A DNA stretch of 64,000 bases. It comes from the human T2T-CHM13v2.0 reference genome, Homo sapiens. Positions 14,175 through 28,300 of this stretch are shown here, piece by piece. How positions within the stretch are numbered: position 1 is the stretch's first letter; every line of letters starts with the position of its first letter. The notes under the pieces were generated by a model. That model searched no databases. It saw only the letters and a list, made by a program, of their open reading frames with translations, and was not told where the DNA came from. The stretch lies in the NCBI RefSeq assembly GCF_009914755.1, contig NC_060948.1; one strand, given 5' to 3'. The position numbers and the translations under genes are program-made.

Positions 14175-14401
14175 TTAGGCAATCATGAACTTCTGTCTGG
14201 ATGTACATAGTCATTAAAGCTGAGTATCAAAACCTGAATTTAAAACAAGATTTTAAAATTACTGTATCACACATCTTTAAAGCAATATTTAAAAAAATAA
14301 TGGAGGACATTTAAACACATGGCTCTCTGTAAAACACAATGCATAAAGAAAATTTTGTTAAAGTACTTTGGTGCTATTAATTTTAAAAACTTAAATACAT
14401 A

Positions 14402-14696
14402 TTTTTTATTATTATTATTGTTCTGAGACAGGGTCTTGCATTGTGATGCAGGCTGGAGTACAGTCAAGCAATCATAGCAGCCTCAACCTCCTGGGATCAA
14501 ACAATCCCCCAGACTCACCTTCCCTAATAGCTGGGACTACAGGAGCATGCCACCATGCCCAGTAAATTTTTATGTTTTGTAGAGACAAAGTCTCCCTCTG
14601 TTGCCTAAGCTGATCTCAAACTTCTGCCTTAAGCAATCCTCTTGCCTTAGCCTCTCAAAGTCCTGAGCTTACAGGTGTGAGCCACTGTGCCCAGCC
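14402..14696 (-). mobile_element. AluJ
   Basis: (TTA)n tail, gagacagggtcttgc...gagccactgtgcccagcc. Confidence 0.85.
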
Positions 14697-16169
14697 TATT
14701 ATTTTATTTTAGCTTATCCTTTTTGCATTTCTATTGCTGTGAATTCTTTCTAAGATACCAGCTGTAACAGTGGAGTACATAAACAAATGCACACCAATGT
14801 GTTTAGACTGGAATGCAGCTCAATATTCTTATTGACGGAGAATGAATCAAAAATGGTTTTGGAAGATTGCTTTACAGCACCACAGCATACTGACATCTTC
14901 AAAATGCTACGGACTCCTATGAAGATGAAAGCCAAGACAAGACTATGACCACAGTCAGAGACTATGGGACATCCGTCAATTATATGCCCTCTTTGAGCTT
15001 CAATTTTGTCATCTGTCAAAGAGAAATGATTACTGTTCCTCATGGAATTAATTCACAAGAAGAACAATGCCTGGAAAATGACATGGGTGAGGAAGCCCCA
15101 GATAAATGTTAGGTAGTGTCGTTATCATCAGATATAGCTCCAGTGTATCAGCAGGAAGGAACGATCCTAATCACCTGATTGAAAACTGCCTGATGCCTTC
15201 ACAAAGTTTTTCATCTTTTAAAGATTGCACACAAACTTTGTCTTACTCACTGGCCTTCCCTGAGAAGTAAAAGACTAAAAAATGCAAATGGAGTTCTGTT
15301 CTAGGGAGAAGCTGGTTAATTACGTGTATAAATGAACTCCAGTTCCCAGCTCCTAGAATTTGGTGTGCTTCCGTGGGTTTACAGGAAGCGCAGAGAGACA
15401 GATATCTAGATATCTGTTGCTCCAAACAATCAGCTCACAGGACACCTCTCCAGGGGAAGAACTGGGGAATGTGGAGAATCAGCACTGTGAGTGGGAAGAA
15501 ACGCTCCTGCTTTCCTCCATCCTAGAGACCCAAGGTGGGTGAGAACAGGGATGTGCAATTAAACAGGATTAAACAAAGGAAAGAGGCAGAAGACAGGCAG
15601 CTGCCGCGCGGTCTCAGGTGTTCTTGGCATTCATTTTTGGGTGATCTGGCCATCAGAACCCTACGAGCCTGGACATTCTCTGTACTGAGACCTGCAGTGA
15701 GCAGCAGAAGCAAGTTGGGGGTAATAGGGGTTGACAGCGCAAATGGGGAGAGGGAACCGCTTAGAGGGCCAGGCATGTCATTAATGCTGTGTGCCGAGAA
15801 CCATGTCCTAGGCCTCAGTCTAGAAGAGCTCTATGAAGTGAGACATGGAAGACAGCTCTATGAAGACAGTGTGACATGGAGGACTTGAAGTGAGCCATGG
15901 AAGTCTGCCACTGGGGCAGACGATGTGGTCAGCTGATGGATGCCACCTTGCTATGAGAAGAGAAGACAGTGATGCTGTTGCAGACAAGACACACCTGTGG
16001 GATTCTGCTGAGCCTCCACCTCCTACATGGGCATCCTAAGGGTTCCTAGCCCCTCTCACCTGACCCCACCATGGGGAAGGTGCCTTGGCATGCTGTCTTT
16101 CTTAGGGGCTACTTTCGCAATTGCCTGAAGGGAAGCTGTTATGCTTTAAAAGCTGTGTGTGACTGAGAG

Positions 16170-16603
16170 CAGTAGGTGGAATGGTGGCCCCCAAACAGAA
16201 GCCCTAACGCAAGGTACTTCTGCTTTTGTTTAGAAAAAGTCTTTGAAGATGTAATTAAGTTAAAAATCTTCAGATAAGCTCACCTTGGATTTAGGATGGG
16301 CCCTAAATGTGATAACTGTTGTCTTTGGAAGTGACCGAAAAGGGGTGAGAAAAACAGAGAAGAAGGCCACGTGGAAACAGAGGCAGAGACTGGAGAGATG
16401 TGGCCACAAGGCCAGGGAAGCCTGGAGTCTCCAGGAGCTGGGAGAAGCAGGAAGGACACTCCCCTAGAACTTCCAGAGGGCGTGTGGCCCTGAGACACCT
16501 TGATTTCAGACTTCCGGTCTCCAGAACTGGGAGCGAGTCAATTTCTTGTATTAGAAGTTGAGAGTTTTCAGTATCTTGTGGCAGCAGCCCAAGAAATGAA
16601 TAC
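16170..16603 (+). mobile_element. MLT1-type MaLR solo LTR
   Basis: gtctttgaagatgtaattaagttaa...gaggcagagactggagagatg...caccttgatttcagacttc...gaataca. Confidence 0.85.
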
Positions 16604-16996
16604 ACAAGTGCTCTGTTCTTGAATGTGAATGAGCAGAACAGACACTGCCACGTGTTTGTGGAAGAAGACACAAACAGGCAGAAGACAAGAATCTGCCAGA
16701 AAACAATGGCAATACAGAGAAAAGTGGGCAAAGAAGCAACAGTCATGATAATAGTATTCATGGAGACATAAGTTACTGAGTCTTTAAAACAAAAACAGAA
16801 AGCTAGGAAAGTACAATGCCCAGAAGAAGAAAGAGCATAGAAGGGTTAAAACAAATCAGGAGATGAGGGCGGACACAGGCAATGTCAGCTAAAACACCAA
16901 GCTGTCTGGCATGCGGTTCAAGGAGGTTGCCGGGCAGGTGGTAAACAGACTGCTTCCCTTTCTCGCTCCCTAGAAATATGTCAGATGTGCAGGTTT

Positions 16997-17893
<897 letters not shown>

Positions 17894-18691
17894 AGATATA
17901 TGTCATGTGTGATTTTTAAAACACTGACAATATTCAAATATACATAGAAACTGCCTGATTGATGTTGCTTTGTTCCCTGTGAGGCAGTTTCACTTCCTGA
18001 GGACTACAGAGAAACCCTGCCACCCTCTGGCCTCCACCCTCTTCCTAAGGCTCAGAATCTGAGCTGTTACCTGCATCTTTGCCGTGAAGACATAGCTCAT
18101 GTGCTATCACTTCCTGGAAATTTTACCAGGCTCCTCACACCCTTGTAACCCTCTGGGATTCACCGCAACACCTCCAGCAGCTGGCTGCAGTTATTTCACT
18201 TGTATGTATGCGGTTAGAAACTTCCACTCAAGAAGGAGTCATAACCTCTGCACTCCCAAGACCCCCATGCAGACATCCCGTCAATAAACTGCTTATTTCC
18301 TGCCCTCTGTTTTCCTCATCCTCATACTCCATTCCCTCTGTTCTTAGGAATGGAAGGCAGTGGTGGGGGCAGGAATCATTCCTTTTCCTTGCAGTACATG
18401 TGTGCACATTGGAATAGAAAGTGATTTCAGATACATAGTGGGAAGGCGAGCTAGTTTTCCTTTGACTCCATCCATGGCTGATGAAGCAAGCTGAATGCTG
18501 GCTGTGGGGGTGTGAGGATGCCCACTGCGCTACACAACAATGCTCAGAGTTTCTTAGAGTTTGTGTTTCCAATTAGGAGGCCACGCTTGGCTGGCACATG
18601 CTGGGCCCTCAATAAATATGACTGATATTGAATAGAAAATTAGGGCAAAGTTCATTAAAAATAACATCTGGCTACGTGAAAATCACTCAGA

Positions 18692-18860
18692 TTCTAGATT
18701 TTAAGTGTTCTCCCCACAAAACATGATCAGAAAGTGAGATGATACATGTGATCATTAGCTTGATGCAGCCACTCCACAATGTATACACACTTCAAAACAT
18801 GTTGTGCATGATATCTACATATGATTTTTATTTGTCAATTAACAATTAAGTTAAAAAAAT
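18692..18860 (+). mobile_element. Old L1M 3' end fragment
   Basis: tagattttaagtgttctc...ttagcttgat..agcca.tccacaatgtatac...tttgtcaatta, then an A tail. Confidence 0.7.
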
Positions 18861-19729
18861 AGCATCCAGTTATCCGAGTTCATGGTGGGGAGCCTTCTCA
18901 TGGAGCGGTTAGTGTTCTCCTCTACACAAGACAGACCTGTTACTCTCTAATAAGATGCTGCCTCCTGGAGAATGTGTACCCAGGGAGCACACACGCTCCA
19001 TCAGACTTTGCTGTTGTGGTATAGCATACGGAGACGGTATAAGATTCGATGTGACTGACAGGCACATTTATCCAAGAGAAAACTTTCAAGATCTGATGCA
19101 GTAATGCAGTGTTTCCATTCTTATTTCTTGCTTACTTGAAGTTCCTTGAGCTAGCTGAAAGCACTTACTGTTGTGAGGCTTCCTAAGGAAACATCAGTGC
19201 CAGGTTCTTCACAAATGTCACACATGATCTCACAAGGAAGGTACCATGTTCTGAAAAACACTGTGCTTTAGAATACTAGAATTTTTGGCACTTTACAATG
19301 CAAGGACTTGTCTTGCTCTCTGAACACTGGGTCTTACATGGGCAACTTGGCCCATGAGCCAAGTCCCTGAGCATTCAGTCATTAATGGACAGTCAGAGGC
19401 CACATGCAGGAAGCTGCTGCTGTGCGAATAGCTGATGCCCTGAGTGAGTTGACCAGGAAAGCAGAAAGATGTCTGCAGGCCAAACAGGCACCTGGGATTC
19501 CATAAAATGGATGCAAGTTAACTTTACATCATACGGGGTAGGCTGTATAGGTCAGGTATTCACAGAGGGGTCCACAAAATGGATTTTAGCAAACTGCAAG
19601 TTTAACATCTGTTTAATTTTAAAAGAAATGTGGTGATTCATTTATTTCTTGTTCAAGGTTTATTGAAGGAAACATAAGTCCATGAGGACAGGTCGCTAGC
19701 ACTGTGAGTAATGGACTGGTCGCGCTCAG

Positions 19730-20240
19730 TGACAAAGTGTCTCCTGGACCAGACTCTACCCAGGCTGCTCTGAGTCTTTTTCTCTACAATGCCCCTACAC
19801 TGGCCTATAAAGACTTGAACATGTTCAGCAGCTCAAGGTCATACCCCTAGATGACTCTAATCCCCTTAAAGTACTTGCCTATGAAAACTCAAGGCTGCCA
19901 AAATAACTAACTAATCATTGGTTCCAGCCATCCCTGCTAGACAAGCCTCTGTGGAAGGGCAGGAGCCTGACTTCTATCAGCACCAGTGAAACCCAGATGG
20001 CTTCACACTGACCAAACCCTCTTCCCGCTTTTTGCAATTTTCACTTCCCTGACTCTGCTGAGCCCCTCCTAACCCTTCCCTACTCCCTGAGTTTCCGTTT
20101 AAAATGTCCGGTCACCTCTGGGCTAATTGATGTTGAGTCCAGTTTCACATATGTGTTTTCTCTATTGCAAAAGTGTAAATTATGGAAGAAAATCTGTGCT
20201 GACCACTTTAACTACTGTTTGGCTGTGTTTATCCTTGACG
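19730..20240 (+). mobile_element. ERV1-class solo LTR (MER31/MER67-like)
   Basis: Begins tgacaaag..tctcctggaccagactct..ccaggctgctctgag; ends ...tttatccttgac. Confidence 0.55.
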
Positions 20241-20915
20241 CTAGAAAATAACCAAAGTCATATTCCCCAGAGTACATAGTATTCACATTCATATACATAG
20301 TTTTAAAAATTGTAACTTCAAGTATAAATTTAAAAGAAATATTAACTAATTTAAGAAATGTCAATAATATAGATTCTTGATTTTTATAAGTTCTGTAAGT
20401 TTATCTATTAAAATGGAACCATCACTTACAAACACTACTGTGTGCTTTTTAGTTCCCTCACAGGAAACTTCTGGTAGCCACAGCCACTGTGATTGGGCAT
20501 CTCTTAATAATTTACTGCAGAGCCATGCCTAGGCCTATTCCTCTTCTGAACTTCTCCAAGCTCTAGGGAGCAAGCTTCTTTCTCAGACATCACTGATTTT
20601 GGCAAAGCACCTCTTTCCTTTTTCCAGGCCTTCCAAATGAATTCTGCTGCTTTGAAAAGGTGCTTGCTGGGAGGAACAGGGCCCCTGGTCATGTGCAGAT
20701 CTTCAGTCCTAATTTACTAGGGACCTTTCACCAACTCAAAGCTAGTATCAGGGATCACCACTGCTTGCACCATGAGATCTGTCTCATGGAATTGAGTCAC
20801 TCACCTATATCCTCAGTGTAAGACAGTGTGGTAGCATAGAAGGAAGGGAAACAAGAGAAAGGAATTGGGCTGGGGGGCTGGAAGAGGAACAGGGCTCTGG
20901 CCAAGTCTGGCTGAA

Positions 20916-21029
20916 CCTCCCGGAACACTCCAGCCAAACGTAAGTGACTGAGCCCACACCCCAGCTCAGGGCCCTCCTGGAACACTCCAGCCAAATAGCA
21001 GTGACTAAGCCTGCACCCCAGATCAGGGC
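20916..21029. repeat. Diverged 57-bp tandem duplication
   Basis: cctcc(c/t)ggaacactccagccaaa....agtgact(g/a)agcc..caccccag(c/a)tcagggc occurs twice. Confidence 0.85.
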
Positions 21030-21097
21030 AGCATCAGGTTCTGGGGCACCCTGGACACTGGCAGTCTGGGCTATGAATAGGAAAGTATGGGTGGAGG

Positions 21098-21538
21098 TAT
21101 AATGGCTTGACAGTGCCCTCCTCGCAAAATTCATGTTCACCTAAAATGTCGGAATAGGACCTTATTTGGAAATAGGGTCTTTGCAGATGTAATCAAGTTA
21201 TTATGAGGCCATTCTAAATTAAGGTTGGACCCTAAATCCAATGAAAGGAGAGGGAAATTTGGAGAAAGTGACACATAGGCTGTGGGAGGGCATGTGAAAA
21301 TGGAGGCAGAGATTGGGGAGATGAAGCTACAAGTCAAGGAAAGCTAAGGGTGGCCGGCAACTACCAGCAGCTGAAAAAAGGCAGGAAGGATCCTTCCCTA
21401 GAGCCTTGAGAGGGAGTGCAGCCCTGCTCACACCTTGACTTCGGACTTCTAGCCTTCTGAGGTGTCAGACAATAAGTTTCTGCTGCTTTAAGCCACGGAG
21501 TTTCTTAATTAACACAGCACTACCAGGAAGCTAATACA
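21098..21538 (+). mobile_element. MLT1-type MaLR solo LTR
   Basis: gaccttatttggaaatagggtctttgcagatgtaatcaagtt...caccttgacttcggacttctagcct...ctaataca. Confidence 0.85.
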
Positions 21539-22294
21539 GTGCATTGACCCTGGAGGAAAAAACTTGGATAGACTGAGGTTCTATCTGTGAGATGACCTTA
21601 AACCACCTTAATTATCTTTCTCAAATTCTGGTACTTGACACACAAATTTGTGATACTTGATGGGGAGACAGTGTGGGAAACCTGTGTTTCCTTCTTTGGC
21701 AAACATTAAATACTGATGGAAATAAAGCAGTTATGGAAATAAATATAAACTAACTCCTTTTAAATCTTCAAACAAACAGTTGCAAGAGTCTAGTTTGCAT
21801 TTATTTGATCTGCAGGTCTTGGTGCAACACAGAGGATGAGCATCCGACTACCTTCAAATGTACTGCTGTTCTATCCACAGCTGGCTGCTTGCTCTGCAGC
21901 AATATATGCTGTCTAATGCTCTCTGGGATCGCTGAAATGTGACTGGCATAAACTCCTCCAACCAAAGAAGCGCCTTTCTCTAGAATCTCCTTATCAGTAT
22001 CATGAATGGCATAGTTTGTGTTCTGCTCCAATTTCACAGACTTACAGCAGAATTTCAGATTAAAATGGAAAGCCGGGGAGGGCAATTCAAACCACTGAGC
22101 AATGCCTGGTAATTACAGATGGATCAAACAATAAAAGTTAAAACAAAACTTTTTTTTCAGACATTGAAAACAAGAGACAAAGTAATACTGAGTAATGCAG
22201 GAATTTTATTTCAGAAAAATTGATTCTGCATTTCTACATTAGTTTCTGTGAAGTGAACGTAAGACTACAGTGTGTAATTTCCTTTTCTTAAGTA

Positions 22295-22392
22295 GTGACA
22301 GGATTTTACTTTGTTGGCCAGGATTGTCTCGAGTTCCTGTCCTCAAGCAACCTGCCTCCCTCAGTCTCCTACAATGCTGGCATTACAGGTGT
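22295..22392 (-). mobile_element. Alu monomer fragment (FLAM-like)
   Basis: tgttggccaggattgtctcgagttcctg..ctcaagcaa...tgctggcattacaggtgt. Confidence 0.7.
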
Positions 22393-22544
22393 AGAGTGTG
22401 ATAGTGGGAGTGAATGTCTGCCCTTTCTCATTCCTTTGCTAAGCACTAGGACTTTGGAAGGAAGGGCTCTCCACCTGATCTTACTGACCTTAAGTGCCCC
22501 TCATCCAGGCAGGACTTGATGTCCTAATGTTAAAAAATGACTGT

Positions 22545-22995
22545 AAATTTCCCTGCAGTATAGACTTGCCTCTGTAACATCTTACATGAAAACTTCACTC
22601 TCACTATAGAATGGTGTACTGGTCCTTGCTTCTTTCCCTTATAAAGAATAACTATGACTTTACAAAAAAAAATGCCATTTTACTAATAGCATGGGATACG
22701 TATGAGTGTCCTTGTGATCCAGATTTGCCACTGTAGCAATTTACACACAAATTGTTCTCTGACTCTAGCAAGTAGTACTAACCCCTGATCCCTTTTTTTT
22801 TAAACCCCTTGCAGAGAATGACTGGACTAGTACTTTGCAGTATAATGCCATTTTACAACACATGAAATGCATGAGAGTTTCCTTGTGTTCTAGATGTGCC
22901 TCTGTGACAACCTGCATGCAAACTGCTCTCTGACTCTAACGTTGGCTACTGATCCATGATCTTTGCTTTTCTTTCCTTTTAGAAAATGGCTATAC
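22545..22995. repeat. Highly diverged ~160-173 bp tandem repeat, ~2.7 copies
   Basis: agacttgcctctgt 22562 / agatttgccactgt 22721 / agatgtgcctctgt 22892; aatgccattttac at 22671 and 22844; tctctgactcta twice. Confidence 0.7.
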
Positions 22996-25360
22996 TAGGA
23001 CTGAAGAGCATAATATCAACAAAAATGACAACCAAAGTTTAAGTTCTAAGCCTCTTGAAAGGCAGGGAAGAATATATAGATTACAGGAGCATCTGGAAAG
23101 GATGTGTGTTCCCCAGAGAGGACTACATTTCAGATGTGGATCCCCACAACAGAAGACTGGGGGCTGAGTCACCAGGCAGATTCTAAGTAAGCTACACAGC
23201 ACCACTTGGGGGCACAAGTGGGAGCCTTCTCCAAACTGGAAGTTACTACCTGTAGTTAGTTTTTTCATCAATAGGCCTTGAAATATTGGTATTTGAGGGT
23301 TGTTGTCATGAGGTAACTTCCTTCCCCAGAGAAGAGTTCTCTAGGATCTTTTTTGGCTGTGCATAAAAAAGAGTGAGGTGAAGGGACCTGGCGGGCTCAC
23401 AGCGCAGGGTGCAGGGATCTTTTATCTACATCCTCCACTGTGCCTGATCACCAGAGATCTGAAGTCTTTCTGGCTCTGTGTATAAACCTGTTTTCTGCCC
23501 CAGGTGGCATTTTGAATGCACAACTTGGGGTGGAGGGCCCAGTGGCTCGGCTACTTCATATTTTGAATTTAAACTGCTCTGCAGTGTTTTAGCTCTTTGT
23601 TTTATCCTGTGTTTTTTTAAAAACAGAAATTCACCCTACTACATGTTTTTAAATGAAAAGAGTATTTTCACTCTTTCACAACGTGTTTTAACAATGATCT
23701 TATAACCTGTGAAAATGAGATGAAGTTCCACTTTCTATGTCTTTACAGACAGTTCGGAGCGCAGCACCAGCACGCACTCACCACTGTTTACGGCTACTTG
23801 CTTCTCAACACAGCAAAGCTGAAGGCTTCACACATACACCATGGGGTCTGCAAAGCTGAAAACATAGAGAAAGCTTGCTGGCTTCTGCTAGATAGCAAAC
23901 AAATCATGCGCAGGCCCAAGAGGTGAAAGGAAAGCGGTAACATTAGGTAGGATGGAAATATAAGAGGTATATTTTGTAATGCAGGAAGTCAGCCAGGCAT
24001 TGACACCTAACCCCTTCGCCCCCTTGCCTGTGACACTAATGAGAAGAATTACTGTCAGTTTTTCAAGGAATTCATGCACAGACCAGATAGGAAATTAACC
24101 TCATGAGAGAATTACCATCCTAGAAACAGAATCCAAAAGCCCCCAGTGAGTTTCTTCCATTAACCATTTAGTTAAATAATGTCTAACACTCCTCAAATTA
24201 TTACAGCATTATTGGAGCAAATTATCAAAATAATATTGAGAATTTAAAGTATATTTGGAATCTACATATTATATATATTGTATAATAACTCACTAAAAAT
24301 ATGTAGCATAAAGGTTTATTAATGTTAGTTTGAAGTACAGTTCCTGTACTATGCAGCTGAATCCAAATAGAGTTTTTTTAGTTAACCAAGTATAGAACAT
24401 TTTATGAGCCACAGACCCCCCATTTCAATGCAACCAGAAAGGAGCAGAATTTTTTAAATTAAAAAAAAAATTCTTAGTCCCATGAAATAAAATTCATATA
24501 AATCTCTAATCGACAAAAAGGATGTATATAAAGATTAAATCAGTTTGATATACCAACATGCTTAAATTTCCTTATTAAATTGCCCTTACAATAGGCTGTG
24601 CATCGTACAAAGAAAAATCAGAAAAATAAGATTCATACAACCCAGACAGTATCTCTTTTGGGAGTTTTATAGTATTTTTCTAAAATGTGGGACATTCAGA
24701 AAATGCCCACTTCCCTCAAGCTAGCTGGTAAGTGACCCTCTGATTATATGCGTCACATCTCACCTGTATCTAACAGGGAGAGCCAGTTGCAACAACAGAA
24801 ACTCCTGTGTTGTCACAATGAAGAGGCTGGAGGCTACCATGCGGGCTCCCACAAGCCCCCACCTCACCCCAAACAGGTCAGACCCCACCCCCTCAGACAC
24901 AATCTTGTGCTCCATCCTGTGTGACAAAGGATAACACCATTGGCAAATTCGCAGTTCAATGTGGGAGTCTACTATCAGTTTTAGAATTTGCTCTTTGCCC
25001 TCAAAATCAAGTAAATTTTTTTTTGTGTTATGTAACAGATGAGAAGCAGAGGACTTTTCACAGTTTTACATTGATATGAGAAACAAGTGGCACTGAACAC
25101 TTCCAAAGGGTCATTGGCAACTCCATGAAAAAGACTTTTTGATCATCAGGAGTCTCTTCTCCTTACAGAAGCTACACCAGCATTCTTTCTGGACATTATG
25201 CCATCTCTATAGCCAGCTGTCAATAGTACATAAAAAAGAAAGGGAAAGATACTGATGAACAGTATTTTGTTCTGATCAGGACATACTTAGTTCATCACTT
25301 GACTGTGCTAACTCAGGTCTCCTAGGTTTCACTAGAATGTGCAAAGCTTTGGAAACTTAA

Positions 25361-26016
<656 letters not shown>

Positions 26017-27214
26017 TTAACTGGACTTTTTTTCTTCCACTGGCTTTCTTAAGATTTGAAGAACCTGACCAACTATCTCAAAACACTGAGGATCCTCAGA
26101 AAAATATTTGATTTTGTGTCTTCTTTGATTTGCCAGAAAGCTGCTTACAGTACTAATTTCATTTACTTTGAATCACTTTTCAGGTTGCTACTTCTAAGGA
26201 TCTATCACTACAAAATAAATGTATAAAACAGCTATTTAAATAGCTTATGATTAATAGCCAATGGAAGAAAAACATAAACTAGAAAATGATAACTCATTGA
26301 ATTTTCCTGATTCTCTACTAAGGTCTCCATATGATTAAACAATGTAAATTATCTTAACTAAACAAGCACAAGTATTATAAAACCCAATCTGATTAAGGCA
26401 TTTAACTCATTGCAGAGAAAGCCATACCAGAGGTTCTAAATAAAAGCAACCTGGTAATAGCCTACCATGCCAGGGTCAAACTTCTTCTCTGCTTCACTTC
26501 TCTGAACCTGTATCCTCACTTCCTATATAATGCAAATAAGACCATCCTGACTATGTCACACGGCCAACATAAAAGTGCAAATGATATAAAGACTGGGAAA
26601 GAGTTTCAGTTTTCAATTCCTTCACAAATAAGAGGTAATAGAAAAGTATGCTTCTTTTAAATAACACATGAAAATGGATTCATTTTGCCTTATTCAACAA
26701 TAAGGCAATAAGTTTCTGTTGATATTGTCTCTGTCAATAATCTCAAATATTAAAGTCTTGCTTTTACAGTCTACTCTCTAAGGAATCCTCTAGAAAGGAG
26801 AGAGTAAGACTTTCCCTGTATTCTTGTGTCTACTGTGCTACGGCGATGAAAGTTCCCACCATATAGAAGTGGTGCAGAAACCACCTCAGGAGAGCAGGTG
26901 TGGTGCAAGGTGCTCCTGACCTCACTGAAACCTGCCCATGACAATGGGCCCAGGTCCCCATGACCCAGGTGCTTGGGGCATACAAGAGACACCTGTCTTC
27001 CCGGACGGAGTGTATAATTCTGTTGGGGATGGGGAGATGCACTTATCCACAACATTTATGTGAAAACCCACATTTGTGTCTATACACCACAGGCTTTCTA
27101 CCTCATCTGCACAGAAGCTTTGCCAAAACACAACTCCAAAATCCTTGAATGGCTTCTTGTCTTTTGAAAAAGAATAACTATGGTTGTATACGGTAAAACA
27201 CCGACTATATAAAA

Positions 27215-27433
27215 TTTACTTTTAATGATTTCTCAGGGTACAATTCTGTGGCATTCAGTACATTCACACTGTTGTACAGCCATCACCACCATCCATGTCC
27301 AGAACTTGTTCATCTCCTGAAGGTGAAACTCTGTCCCCATTAATCGCTAAAACCTCCATCCCCTCCCCCAGCCCCTGGCAATCACAATTCTCCTTTCTGT
27401 CTCTATGGATTTGACAACTCTAGGGACATCATA
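27215..27433 (-). mobile_element. L1MB-type 3' UTR fragment
   Basis: gtacaattctgtggcattcagtacattcacactgttgtacagccatcaccac...cccagcccctggcaatcac. Confidence 0.8.
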
Positions 27434-27626
27434 CTGAGACAGGAGAATAAGGTCTGGAGGCAGATTCACACTGACTTCCCAGAACTCAATCAAAAGGAAA
27501 ACTTCAAGTTTCTATGCCCAAGTAACAAAAGGACCAGATCCTATTCCCTTTGCAAGCCTCTCCTACCTTCTCTGTGTGGCAGATGGAAAATTGAAAGTAA
27601 TTCTCACTGGTTGCTTTCTGCAACCA
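27434..27626 (+). mobile_element. Truncated ERV1 LTR 5' part (MER61/MER51-like)
   Basis: tgagacaggagaataaggtctggaggcag...ctgacttcccagaactcaatcaaaaggaaaac...aagtaacaaaaggaccaga. Confidence 0.6.
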
Positions 27627-28006
27627 TGTCCACTGCTGGCGCCAGAAGGCTGTGAGGCGTTGCTAGGACTAGAGGCAAGCTGGCAGTGCTCTGTATCCTG
27701 GCTGTTCACCTGCCAAGCACTGCCCTCACTGTTTGCTCATCCTGACTGCAGTGTGCAGAGTGTGTTGGCACCTAACACCCCTCAAAGCCTGTCTGTGCAG
27801 CTCCACACTGTGGTCCTATGCTGTGGGCACACCCCTCCCAGAGGGGAAGTGACTTGATTAAACCGAACGTGGTCATTTATCTACTCATTTCCTCTCCTTT
27901 GAGTTGAGAGGTCCTTGAGGTAAGGATTTCTCTTATTCATTATCCTATACTCCTAAAGACTTAGAAATCAGCAGCAGAACCACCACACATTTAAAAAATA
28001 GAAACT

Positions 28007-28300
28007 GGGCCAGGTGTTGTGGCTCATTTCTGTAACCATAGCACTTTGGGAGGCTGCAGCAGGAGGATCACTTGAACCCAGGAGTTTGAAATCAGCCTAG
28101 GGCCATGTCTCTACAGAAAAGAAAAAAAAAAAAAAGCTGGGCATGGTGGGCATACACTTGTAGTGTCAGCTACTCAGCAGGGTGAGGTGGGGGAATAACT
28201 TGAGCCCGGGAGGTCAAGGCTGCAGTAAGCCATGACTGACCACTACACTCCAGCCTTGGCAAGAGGGTAAGATCCTATGTCAAACAAACAAAGCAAAAAA
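28007..28300 (+). mobile_element. AluJ
   Basis: Diverged dimer with ggaggatcacttgaacccaggagtttga and ggtcaaggctgcagt. Confidence 0.88.

Noticed and set aside
20797-20870. Possible additional cassette exon (minus-strand AG|GTGAGT near 20804)
   Set aside because: No convincing acceptor and no PUDP homology; such donor motifs arise by chance
22545-22995. Alpha satellite (171-bp period)
   Set aside because: No recognisable alphoid sequence or CENP-B box; fewer than three copies
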